Source: Seison nebaliae
Taxonomy: Eukaryota
DNA length: 43,174 bases
Assembly (NCBI GenBank): GCA_023231475.1
Contig: JALJEE010002346.1
Span: forward strand, 1-43,174
Direction of reading: 5' to 3'
Below are positions 14,201-26,316 of this stretch, piece by piece. The translations under genes were made by a program, and so were the position numbers. The notes beneath the pieces were generated by a model. The model searched no databases and was not told the DNA's origin. It saw only the letters and a list, made by a program, of their open reading frames with translations. How positions within the stretch are numbered: the first letter of the stretch is position 1; the number at the start of each line of letters is the position of its first letter.

Positions 14201-16540
14201 AGAATGTAAAACTTTCTAATATTATTAATTCGTTGAATAGCTCCGATAATAATGGTGAGACAAATTCAAGTTTCCTTAAAATTCCATCGAAATAGAGTTG
14301 AAATCAATTTAAAAACCGCTTTATTCATTAACCTTTATCTATTCCAATCTTCTCTTAACATTCATCTAAAATAATTTTAAAATATTTATTGTTTTAGAAA
14401 AATATCTGCTTCACTTCTATACTTGTTAGAATAGTAATTTCTTGCACATTCCTAACTCGTTTCTTAATATTTCATTACTCTAATTTTTAATTAATTTCTT
14501 CTTCTTTTTTAGTTTATTCGAACGAAATTACAAAACGATTTCATCATTTCGCTTCACCCGAACGACAGAATAGCAATGCCACAACTTCTTGTTATGATGG
14601 AAATTTGAATATCAGTGATTTATCATCAACATTCAAAAGATATAACAAACCGAAATCATCATTATGGTGGCATCGTCGATATCCAATCGATCAGAAATCG
14701 ACTGAGCTAATTATTGATCAGTCAATTTTGTCGAAGTCGAATAAAACGAAGAATGAAAATAAACTGAATTCCTTCATGACACAAGCGAATGCCAATCCGA
14801 AACAGAAGTTGTTCAAAGGAATCTTATCTTCATTCTCTGGTCATCATGAAACGAATAAAAGTGATTCCAGTTGGAATAATTCATCGATGGAAATTGATTT
14901 AAGTTTGAGGAAGAAGAAGAAGAAGATTAAGAGTTCAGATGGATATCAATCCACCTTCTCTGATTGTGATACGGACATTATTGGAAAGACGAAACGACAT
15001 TCCTCAAAACCGTCTTATGACAACTCGTCAATGAATTCTTTGCAGAATTCTTACAGGAAATCTGGTTTCTTAAGCGATTCAAATGACAATACTTTTGTCC
15101 GACAACCGAAACGTCCAATTAATCGTAAACAAAAGTTTTAATTTAACTCCCTTTTTCCTTTTTTCTAATAATTGAAAATTATTCAGCGAAAAGAAAATAA
15201 GAAACACAAATTTCTCATATTTAGAATTACCTAAAGAAGTTAATCAATTGCAAATGCTCTGCTCAAAAGTGGGAATATTAAATTGGACAATCGATAATAT
15301 ATGTGATTGGATAACGATTGATATTTTATTAGATTATTACGTGGCTGATATTAGACGTTGGTTGGAGAGTAAAATGAATAAATCAAATAAGAATCATCAA
15401 CAGACTTCCAATCGAATTATTATCCAACCAATTATTCATTTATTACGAGCAACGCCAGATCAAATGGAACATGAAATGAAAATATCCAATTATTTACATC
15501 AAAGGAAATTAATCATTTCCATTTACACATTAGTCGTACTTCCATTGAAGAGACGTAATGGAGATAATATAGAACCGTTAGGTATTCCAGAATCGGCACT
15601 AAATCTTGATACTCAAACGATAAGTCGATGGTTAGATGATATCGGTCTATCTCAATATAAGGAACTGTTCGAACAAGCTAAAGTTGATGGTGTTATGTTA
15701 CATTATCTAAATAAAGTTCTTTTTTATACATTTATTTAAATAATTTTTCTTCTTCATAGAACGATTTGATGAACATGAAAATATTGAATGAAATGCATAT
15801 TGTCAGCATTCGACGAGCTATACAATTGTTGCGAGTGAGTAACTATAATTTGAATTGCCTCAAACGACGTTCATGCCGACAAGAAAAAGAAATGGTTTAT
15901 TATTTCCATCATTTATCCTCCATTCTTTCAATTTATTCATTCTGCTCCAGTTGAAACTTCAAAGTAAATGTACAATGGTCTTCTGTCCAACCAAAGAAAA
16001 TATCAGTCGACAAGTCATCCATTGGACATGCCATCGTGTGATGGAATGGTTGAGAACTGTGGATTTAGCCGAATATTCTTCGAACTTACGTGGCTCTGGT
16101 GTTCATGGCGCTTTAATGGTTAATATTTTTCATATAATATTCATATAACGAAAGTACTAAAGATTTTGGAACCTCGATTCACCGGAGAAACCTTTGCTAA
16201 AATACTCAATATTCCACATTCAAAGAGTTTGATAAGAAGACATCTCACCCAAAACTTCCATTCTTTAATCGGCAAGGAGGCGTTGTTAAGGAAGCAACAC
16301 GTTGATTGTTTAAATCCAATCACCAAAATCAAAATTGTTATTATTTTCTTCAATGCAATTTTATTATCTTTCTTTCGTCTGCAGCATAAACGTAATACTT
16401 TATTCTCTAAACGGAGTATCTCTGCCAATCAATACGTCGATGAGATCATCGATGGAGAAATGGATTTGGAGACAGCGAAACAAATAATCCATAATCAGCA
16501 TATCATTGGAAATGGGGAGTATTGTGCAAAAATTGAATAA
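11281..16540 (+). CDS. PPFIBP: Liprin-beta (PPFIBP family), 5' end unresolved. Exons 11281-13628, 13676-13736, 13832-14269, (14398-14424 optional), 14513-15134, 15187-15715, 15760-15894, 15951-16118, 16163-16336, 16385-16540
   Basis: Coiled coil LKQTMNDLVKANVEKEQEIDELRKQLSRFKRIQD. Three SAM domains including RWLDDIGLSQYKELFEQAKVDGVMLHYL and WTCHRVMEWLRTVDLAEYSSNLRGSGVHGALM|ILEPRF, matching liprin-beta signatures. All introns are GT-AG and preserve frame. Confidence 0.92.
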
Positions 16541-16878
16541 ATGTTTTAATATAGTAATGACTTGAAAGTCTTAATATTTTATATATGTGCGAATACGATT
16601 ATTAATTCGATTACTATGATCTCTTCCAATGATTATAATCTTTTTAGATTATAATCGAATTTTATTAAAATCAACATTACAATTGTTCAGTATTCCATTT
16701 TCTACTTATTTCTAAATATCTCCTTTCTTTTTGTAATTTCCCTTTTTTTTCATTCTTCCCCCGTTCCTTTAAAAATTCATTTTCTAACAAGATTCAACTA
16801 ATTTTTTTATTATTCAATAATGATAATTAAATATATAAAAAATGTTATTCTCTTAAACTTCAAATCTCTAAATGGTTC

Positions 16879-19176
16879 CTACTTCTCCACAATACAATTC
16901 GGTCTGAACGATGAATATCGATGGAATGTCCTTCTCCTCTTTAATTCATTTCTACGTTGAGTGGAAATACATTTCTCATCTTTCGAATGTTCCTTATAAT
17001 CAGTTACATATGTCGAATCACCAGCAAATTTCTTTCGATTTTTCATATGGAGACAATAATTGGGGTTATCACGAAACCGCATTATGGGACAACCGACCGG
17101 TTCTAAAATTAACTCTTAAAAATTTCTTATTTCTTTTAAAATTCGAACTTTCTACATATTTATCATGTGCCTCAGAATTTGGTAATTTCCGATCATTTTG
17201 CGGTTTATAAAAACGACTTTTCAACTGTATTCTTGGAATGGTCTTATCGACACCACAATAATTTTTCTTTGGAAAATCTTCTTGATATGATGTTACTCTT
17301 GTACCCGGTTTCTTAAATTGTTTATGGAATCCACCTAATAGACGAATTGCATTGGCCGGAATTACTCTAGCTACTTTACGTTCTCTGTCGCAATAAAATG
17401 GAAAATCTGAAGTATAAGACGTTTCTGGAGGGTCTCTTGTGGTGGACTGATTAATACACAAATTAATTTCACCTTCTGTCCTTCGTCCATATGAATTCAA
17501 TCTTAATTCTTTCTTTTCACAAGCCATTTTAGTACATGGATTATCTGTCTGATCAAAATAATCTTCGTCGTACGTCGAAGTCCCACTAAAAATGTAAAAA
17601 TCATGTTATAGAATTTAAAAGAAATTTTTAGATATTATGGAACTTGAATTTCGTTTTAGGTTTCCTATAAGATCGATCTCGTTGGAAAAGTGGATCATAT
17701 TTTTTAGGAGCCTGATAATCGATCGAGTTGGAAGTGACAGCATTTAATTTCATGACACAATCCTGATTAAACGGTTCTAATATATCTAATTCATCCTGAC
17801 ATTTATCTTTCGGTTGGAATACTTCACGTTGGTCTTGTTCAACTAGTCCTTTCTTTAAACATTCTTTCACCATCGTCCCATCCACATAGATTAACGCTTC
17901 TGGAACATTCTTCGCTTTATTCACCAGATGGCATGGTAAATAAGGTTTCTTCTTTTTTACTTCCTTCAATTTAGCACAATGTTCTTCCATCTTTGTCACA
18001 TCAAATTCCTTTTCTTTCTTTTCTTGTGATAATAAACTTTTCACATTCTCCTTCTTTGGTGCTTCTTGTTCATCATCTTTTATTCCACAATCATTTAACA
18101 ATTCTTTTAAATGTTCATCATCTGATTTCCCCGTAAAACTTGCCCGACATTTCTTTGTTGGTTTCTTACTGAGAGTCGCCTCACCGTAATCATACGAACT
18201 CAACAAAGTACCTGCGGTTTCCCGTTTATTCTTTCGATTTTCCCGCTAAATAAGATGAAAACATTAAATTGTTATTTGAGAAAGTCAACTGCTAATTTGT
18301 AATCAACTGGAACTACTTTCGGTTCTTTATAATATTCTAAAAAATTCTCCAAGTGTTTTGCTTTCGATTTTGGATCAACAAATTCGTTCTTTTTAAATGA
18401 TTTATTCAAGGTGATGTTGAAAGAGAAAAAACTTTTGTTTCCGAAATTACTGTTTGATCGGGACAAACATTCATTAATATATTAATATCATCTTGGTCTT
18501 TATGAAATCCTTTCTCACATTTCCAATCTCCATCAACAATTTTATTGAAGTCTTGCTGATAAATAGTTTTGGAATTATCAGGTAATTGATTATCAATGTT
18601 CTCAGCGTAAGTCTTCGTTCCATCAAATCGAATTCTTTGGAGATATAATTCGTCTTTCTCTCCTGCACAACACTTTCGACCGAATTATTAGCTTAATGAA
18701 TGACGTAAAGAATGAAATAAATTACCTTAGATTTGAAGAAGTCTTTCAATGTGTTTGCATCGACTCGATAAACTTGATTCTATTAAATAGTAGTTTGAGT
18801 GAAAATTATTCGAAAGAGAAAATAGTGATGTGATGTAATAATTATATCTTACACACATCTAAATAACTTTCTTGTTCAATTCATCTTCTTTTTTCTGTTT
18901 TATTTCTAATCGTATCTCTTCATTACAATCATCGAAATTCGGTTTCTCTTTCGGATGCTCTTCATTCGCACATGGCGTTGGACAAACGTCAGATAATCGA
19001 TCAAATTTATTTCGTTCTTTATCCATTTCTTCCTCTAACGATTTCTGACAAGCGTCCAACGTGTCTGTTGGTACGTTGTCTCGTGGAACCCAACAACAAT
19101 ATTCATCATAATCTTTCTTTAACTTCTCTACTCCTTCCTCACGAGCAGATGATATCATACTTTCTGTACTCCTCAT
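16879..19176 (-). CDS. SAXO/FAM154-like microtubule inner protein with Mn-type motifs. Exons 19176-18868, 18779-18726, 18672-18433, 18388-18290, 18245-17644, 17585-17149, 17102-16879
   Basis: Six GT-AG introns join the fragments into one frame. Repeated T/S-Y-x-x-D-F/Y motifs (TIYQQDF, STYDEDY, TSYTSDF, TSYQEDF, SEAHDKY, STYVTDY) are typical of Mn motifs. Confidence 0.7.
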
Positions 19177-19527
19177 ATTGTCAGACGAATTGAATTGTGG
19201 AAATAGAAAACGAATCTTTTAAGATGTTTTAACACCCAAAAATCTTTGTAGGAAACGTTAATTGTTTATTTCAATTCGAACAATAAATATAATTTAGGTC
19301 GTATTGTTCACAGTGAAGAAGAAAGAAGAAATTGAATAACAAATCGAATTAGAATAAAAATAGCAATTTTCTTAGCCAATTCCAAATGTTTTAATGTGTC
19401 GAATTAATTTATTAATTTTTGAGAAAGAATTTCGTTTGATTTTCTTCAATTTATTTAACATTTCCACAAAATAATCGATCAGTCACTTTCTTCTTAAATT
19501 TGATTAACGATTTAATTGTGAAACGAA
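19177..19527. promoter_or_regulatory. Putative bidirectional promoter region
   Basis: Only 351 bp separate the divergent start codons of the SAXO-like gene (-) and the SLC17A9-like gene (+). No specific elements identified. Confidence 0.5.
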
Positions 19528-20913
19528 ATGAAGAAACTGAACACAGCAATAAGTGATATTTATGAACGATTAATGCCAGCAGATACAATTCCAAAGAAAT
19601 ATTGGTCATATATCTTATTCTTTGGTTGTACCATGTTATATACATGTCGAACGACAGTTCCTTTATGTGTATCTCGAATGGCACATGATGGTGATTGGAA
19701 TAAATCATCGACTGCAACCGTTTTAGGAGTCTTCTTTTGGGGTTATTTAATCACCCAATTGAGTGCTGGCAAATGGAGTAAGATCTTTGGTGGTGATCTT
19801 ATTATTTTTATTGGTGGTGTCGGTTGGATTCTCATCACATTCTTCACTCCAACTCTTTTCTTCATGTTCAGTGATAGTCAAGTCTGTTATTGGATTATTG
19901 TTGCATCTCGTATTGTAATGGGTTGTCTTCAAGGATTACATATGCCATCATTAACCACTTTCGTCAATGCGAAATGGTCGGAAGAGGAACGAAGTGGAAT
20001 ATTCTCGTTTATTGTCGCTGGAAATTTTGCAGGCACATTACTATGTGGATCATTAGGTTCGCTGCTTTTGGAGAAATATGGATGGTCAACCGTTTTCCAT
20101 GTACTTGGTACGATATCATTCATTTGGTTGATTATATTTCGATTTATTTTTGTGAAGGATTATCAACGGCGAATGAGTTCCATTGTCCAATCGTTTTATA
20201 TCTTCAAAAAACAATCATCAACAAATCAACATACGAAACCGTCCACTTCTGATCAAGAACTTGACGATCATCGATTACCATCAACATCCAGTTACAGTCA
20301 TAATGATGATCATTTCCCAATTAAACAATTATGTTTGTCACCGGCATTCTGGTCTATAATGTTTGGCCAATTCTGTGAAATGAACGCTTTCTATATCCTC
20401 TTTTCCTGGATGCCAACGTATTTCTCGGAGAACTTCGTTTCAGCCAAAGGATGGATATTCAATGTGATACCTTGGTTGCTTTCTATCATTTCCAGTATTG
20501 TCAGTGGACGTTTAGCGGATTATCTCTTAAAAAAGAAATTCTCTCTAACTTTTGTTAGAAAGTTTTCGGAAACGATAGCTTTATTTGGTACTGGTTTCTG
20601 TTTGATAATACTCAATTCTTTCGAAACGTTTACATCTCAATTAATCATCATGTCATTCGCTGTCGCTTGTTGTGGTTTCCATAACTCAGGAATTATGATC
20701 AATCCAACAGATATCGCTCCATCACATGCTGGTTCCGTTTTTGCTCTGATGAATATGGCTGGTGCAATTCCTGGTTTCTTTGGAGTTAAAATTGTTGGGA
20801 AAATCCTTTCGAATAATGGAGGTTGGGAAATGATTTTCAAACAAACTGGATTTTTCTGCTTCGCTGGATTAGTTGTTTTTTTATTATTTGGAACAGCAAA
20901 GAAAGTGATATAA
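19528..20913 (+). CDS. SLC17A9: SLC17-family MFS transporter, most like SLC17A9 (vesicular nucleotide transporter); single coding exon, 461 aa
   Basis: Multiple hydrophobic helices. Motifs GCTMLYTCRTTVPLC, VLGVFFWGYLITQ, SRIVMGCLQGLHMP, LFSWMPTYFSE, GWIFNVIPW, FHNSGIMINPTDIAPSHAGSVFALMNMAGAIPGF. Confidence 0.9.
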   Translation: MKKLNTAISDIYERLMPADTIPKKYWSYILFFGCTMLYTCRTTVPLCVSRMAHDGDWNKSSTATVLGVFFWGYLITQLSAGKWSKIFGGDLIIFIGGVGWILITFFTPTLFFMFSDSQVCYWIIVASRIVMGCLQGLHMPSLTTFVNAKWSEEERSGIFSFIVAGNFAGTLLCGSLGSLLLEKYGWSTVFHVLGTISFIWLIIFRFIFVKDYQRRMSSIVQSFYIFKKQSSTNQHTKPSTSDQELDDHRLPSTSSYSHNDDHFPIKQLCLSPAFWSIMFGQFCEMNAFYILFSWMPTYFSENFVSAKGWIFNVIPWLLSIISSIVSGRLADYLLKKKFSLTFVRKFSETIALFGTGFCLIILNSFETFTSQLIIMSFAVACCGFHNSGIMINPTDIAPSHAGSVFALMNMAGAIPGFFGVKIVGKILSNNGGWEMIFKQTGFFCFAGLVVFLLFGTAKKVI

Positions 20914-21777
20914 AAGCCTCAATAGAAAAGCTTTTACTTATCACTCTAATGTTAAATTTGTCATAAATCCAGTTTTCATTCCGCTTCACATACAACTCGT
21001 TACGATTCTTTTGTCAATTTATATACTCTTGTAAATAAGTGAACTAAACACTACTACACTGAACAATTCAAAATTTCCAATCATCAAATACATATTCCAT
21101 ATTCATTGTGTCCCCTATTCATATTCCATTCTGCCATTATATTTTTTTGGTGAAGATAAGTAAAAGTCGGTTTCCATCTAACAGTATTACATCAAATTTC
21201 TATTTTTCACAGAACTGCGTTAAATATTTTATTTTGCGTTTCATGATATTATTGAAAACCGATATACATCGAAAAACTGAACACTCTGGTTTTCTCAAAT
21301 ATGTTAACTTTTTATGAATCTTATTTTCCTGTAATTTAAAATCCATCTAATCTAATTTATTCAAATATTCTACACTGTTTACTTGAATAAAAAACATCAT
21401 AAATTCTATATTATTCATTTATTCATTGCAAATGTTCTATTATGCTTCATTAAATATTTTATTTCCATATGAAATTTATACAGAAGTTAACATAGAATGA
21501 TAAAGTTAAATAATGTCAATTGCAATTCATCTCGTAAATATTCCGGAATATGGGAAGTAATATCGAAGTTAGAAGAAATGTAAAGATCTACATCAATCGA
21601 ATAATAAGAACAAAAGAAGATAACCGGATTGAAAAAATTTTTACACCGGAGAAAAGATGGAAATAATAAATCAGATTCCTCGATAGACTGGATTATTTTC
21701 AAATATCAAATAGATAAATGTAAAAAAGCACTTCTACTATTATTCAGGCTATCCGTCTTGAACATCAATAAATAAAT

Positions 21778-23869
21778 ATTTATTTATTTTAATTAACATT
21801 GAGGAATTCTACACATCAATCGGACGATAAGCTAAATCTTGATCGAACATAGATGATTCAAAAAAACTTTTGAATTTATCAATTTAATATCCGATGATGT
21901 GGTGGTACTTTTTTTCATTAAAGACCAGAATTTTGAAGAGTTGTATCTTGAAATAATATCATCATATTTCTGTTGTTCAACTCTTCTAATTAGATCTCTT
22001 ACAGCGTTCCTAAATTTCTTACGAGCCGTCTTTCTTATCTCAAAAGAACCTACATCTGAATGAATTCTATAATTGCGGTTCGCAATTACCATTTCATATT
22101 TGAGGTGACGAATTTGATAAAAATTTGAAATTTTCTTATTTTTATTATCTCTCTGACGATTATTGATACATTGGTATGAACCAGACAACTTGAGATGCTG
22201 GTATAATTGATGGAATGTGAGAAAATTAATATTGTTTGTTACGTCAATCACATTTTGAAGAAGTGACTCATTCTTACAGACAGAAATATCAAATGAATTT
22301 GCTATATTCTCACACTGGATACGTTGTAAAGTAATCGTCCATATCATAGTGAAATGATCGGATAACTCAAACCTATCGGAGATAAAACATTTACAGACAT
22401 TCTTACATAGAGTATTTGATATTAAAATATGATCAATCCATGAAACGCCGTTATTTGAACGAAAAGTAACAGTATCTTTAGTATTATACTGCAATTCAAC
22501 AAAGGAACAATCGAATCTGTGTAGAAGATTTTTTCCACTGATTATCATTAGTTCAATATCAAATGGAGAGATGTTGAAATCACCCCCAATTATAAAGGTT
22601 TTACCATTACATTCATGAGTGAGGAGATCTTCTAGCATCATCACACTGTGCATTTTGTTAGAACTATCACCGTAAAAATTAACAAATAGAACATTGCAAA
22701 TCATGATCGAACACATATGTTGCGAATGAATTAGAAATTCGGACAAAAATGATCATGTCTGACGAACATCTGAACCTTTTCCATTCAAACTGTTCGGAGG
22801 AATTGAAGGTGAAATGAATATGAGATGTGAATTAATATCGATAAATGAGAACGGAATTAACATGAGCCAAGTTTCTTGAAGAAAAATGACATCAAATCGG
22901 AGAAGATCGTAGATATCTGTCAAAAACCTGCTGGGTCCATGACAATTAAAGGAAATTAGAGAAATACTAGAAGATCTGTCACTACTACTTCCATCAGGAC
23001 AGGTTGGAAGTCATAACATTGGCGTATCTTTTTCATTCTCAACATTGCTCATTGACGAGGGAAGGATTGAACTGTTATTGTTCCAGAGTTGTTGGCTCCA
23101 CTTGTTACATCTTTCACCAAGAAAGGAATTGGTTGATTTCGAGAAGAAGAATTCTCGAACAAATGTGTTGATCGGCCAATTTGCAGGGTTGGAAAAAGTT
23201 TCGGCATTCTTTTCATCAAATTTGACGATGAAACATTTTGTAGAACTTTCGGAATCATCCATTTGCTCACGTCGAAGTCTCCATAAATCGAGGAAAGACA
23301 TGTCCTTATCGCGCATAAATCTTGCCACCATATTCAAATCTGTATTGTGAACGACATTTTTAATGATGACGGCCTTTGTCCGAACGAAAGGTTTTCGTTC
23401 CCTACTTTTAAAGGTTTCGGAAACGCTTTCACCGGAGAAGGAAGAGGTCGTAGAACGGTGAGATTTTGATGTTTAGATAACAATGGGTTACAACCCATTC
23501 TTCTGACAAATTAACCGTAATTTTGCCATTAATATCCTGCAATCCCTCGGACAGCACCAACATTTGTGACGAAATATTTGCCAATTCTTTCTTCAATACC
23601 ATATTTTCAGACAGAATAGAGTTCAATTTTAATTCAATCGAAACGAGTTGTGTCTTCTTAATCGAAAGACTGGATTCGTCCGGAGGTTCCACGCAAGTTC
23701 TTTTACACGACGCTAAAGTGGTATTTTTGGTGCCCTGAGGTCTTCCTCTGGGCCTTTTGTTATCGGATTGATCCTTGACAGTAGGAGCATTAGTGCCAAA
23801 TACGGTCAGATTAGTAGAATCAGATGAAGGATGGGATGTAAAATCAGACGTACCTGTACCATTTTCCAT
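21778..23869 (-). mobile_element. Degenerate non-LTR retrotransposon (CR1/L2-group-like): ORF1 plus APE endonuclease, no RT, ending in a (TAAA)n tail
   Basis: ORF1 (23869-23011, frameshift near 23470) has an AT-hook (RPRGRP), a coiled coil and the C-terminal motif CFIVKF...NPANWPINTFVREF. Endonuclease motifs occur in order: ISFNCHG, DVIFLQETW, IIGGDFN, TFRS...SWIDHIL, SDH. There is an internal TGA near 22753. Confidence 0.85.
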
Positions 23870-24501
23870 TCTATTTCTTTAGTTTTCAGTCAATATCGAC
23901 TAAATCTTATAGACTCATGTTTTTTATAAAAAAATGAGTTCTATTCACACTAGTGAAAATACTAGTATTCACCATCAGGATCAATTTCGTTAACAACAAG
24001 TTGGTCCATGATAGTTGGAAAAGTTATAGACTATATTAGTTATATAGACTTAGACCATAGTTTATTCCAATTGACCAATGGATAGAAACAAAATGGGATT
24101 CGGAAAGCATCAATTATTGGCGATGAATAAATTTAATTTTAAATAAGGTACATAAAATTTAAGTGGTTCAGATCCGAATGAAAGAATATTAATACGAAGT
24201 GTCTTATTTTGCCCTATTGGACGATAAGTATTTTTTTGGTAAAAATCTTCCGAAAATTTTATTTACAATGATTTATACACGCAATAATTGAGAATGGAAT
24301 AAGATAGAAAAAATAGAAAAAAATAAAAAAGAACAGGATTGGAAAAAAGAAAAAAAATTAAAAGCATCCAATATTTTCTATTAACATCGTTAACTAGATT
24401 AGATTCAGATTACGAAATATTCAGATAATTCGCTTCCGATCCTCTAATATTCCAATTATTACTAAATTATTGGTTAACAGTGAACTTCATATCGATTAGA
24501 T

Positions 24502-24908
24502 TTATATTGTAGCGAACTTAGCCCAAATCTGATATCCGACGTTGATTGTTCCTACGGCAATGTTACAGAAATTTAATGATATTTGATCTAATTGTTTTTT
24601 ATTCGGTAGCGATTTTTTTAGACTTTTATTCTCATTGCTCAGATGATCAATATGATCTTCATTAAATCCAAGCACCTTTTCCAATAATTGATTTCTTCTT
24701 CTTAACCTCCTTATTTCATTGAAGTCTTCGATCTAACAATAGATGTTAATTACGATTATTTGATAATTCTTTTATAAACCGCTTCGTATGATGCTAATTC
24801 ATGAGCTAGATGTTCTATTATTTTCAAATATTCATTATTCGAATTCTTCAATCGATCGTTAGATATCTCCAACGCGTGGAATTTCTTATAATCTTCGTTG
24901 GATATCAT
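24502..24908 (-). CDS. Small orphan coiled-coil protein (about 119 aa). Exons 24908-24780 and 24732-24502
   Basis: ATG at 24908. A 47-nt GTTTAT...TTAG intron (24779-24733) joins MISNEDYKKFHALEISNDRLKNSNNEYLKIIEHLAHELASYEA in frame to IEDFNEIRRLRRRNQLLEKVLG... A probable 5'UTR intron lies at 24976-24912. Confidence 0.6.
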
Positions 24909-25324
24909 TATCTAATGGTTTTCGTTTGAATAATTGAATTGAATCAAATAGAAAATAAAGATCATAAATTGCTAACCGAAATCGAAACAATAGTGCTTAT
25001 AAAAATTTTTTATTTGAGTGTTTATTCATAAAGGAATGACCTTACTCATTGATTCCTTTCTATTTATAGTCAATAATATTTGACTAAACTCGAAGGGAAC
25101 TAAATGGGACAATGCAAATTGTAATTTTATACAATGTTCTTTTCATATGATTGCCTTAATTTGTAATCAATCAAAGTCATAGAAGAATCTCATATGACAC
25201 TAAACGATGCATCAACTAATAATATATGCTAGATCATAACGAACAATAAATAAAAGATAAAGAAGCCAGAACAACCAAACGAAGAATGTGAAAATAAGCC
25301 GCAACAATCAAAAGCAAGATTATA

Positions 25325-25545
25325 TAAAATTTCATGTCGATAGAGTCGATATTGTCGATTTTATGGATCAAAATATAAGAAACATTTCTTAAGTTTTTCG
25401 CTTATTTTTGACTAAAAAATACTAAAAATACTACTACTACTAAAGTAGTACTTTTTAGTCAAAAATTAGCTTAAAACTTAAAAAATGTTTCTTATATTTT
25501 GATCCATGAAATCGAGAATATCGACTCTATCGAAATGAAATTTTA
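25325..25545. repeat. 221-bp foldback / MITE-like inverted repeat
   Basis: Arms of about 95 bp (TAAAATTTCAT.TCGATAGAGTCGATATT.TCGATTT.ATGGATCAAAATATAAGAAACATTT...GACTAAAAA) match with roughly 8 mismatches around a short CTA-repeat spacer. Confidence 0.9.
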
Positions 25546-26316
25546 ATCATAAGTTGAAAAATAATAAACGATCAATTTGAGATCTATTTCATAAGAATCG
25601 ATTCAGGATTAGCTACCATGCTGAGCGCTGAAAGATGTGCACAGAAAATGCAAAAAAACATAATTTTCTGTTACCAATTTTAATAAAAATTTCCATTTCC
25701 GGGTTATTGATGATGCTAAAGAAGGTGGGGTAATTAGAATTTTTCGATGAAGTAAAATTTTTTAGATAATGCAAAAAAACCCTTTTCCAAAAATGCTCAA
25801 TAATTACGTAGTAATTGGACATTTAAGAAAAAAATTTTTATATTCTGTATAAATTTTTCATACTGAAACCGAATATTTTACTTCCATCAACATTTTCTTT
25901 AAGTTTAACCATTTACAATGTGATTATCCAATCTCAAAAATAGAGATAAATGAAGTTTATTAATTAATTAATTATTTAAAAACGAGTTTTATATTTTCCC
26001 CCCGAAGTTGGGAGTCTTAAAAAGAGCTTGAATATGGCTATATAACGATATGCTCCTTTACGCATATAATGCTATTCGAACAATGTTATGATCATTTAAA
26101 AAACATTGAATTTTATTCGATTACTTGCGCATAGAGCTGTATAAGATTCATTATCTATCATTATATAATATAATATCAGGAATATAATATAAAGTAAATA
26201 AATAAAATGATTATAAACAACGAATAAAAAACAATTAGAATAGTCTCCATATAAGCCAAACAATTTTCAGTTAATATTTTAATTTTTTTTAATTTTTCTT
26301 CTAGTATCTTTTCATA

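Noticed and set aside
18474..18668. Listed ORF MQERKTNY... as the SAXO-like exon
   Set aside because: Wrong frame. Splicing to the AAG at 18673 uses another frame that contains the TIYQQDF motif and connects to both neighbouring exons.
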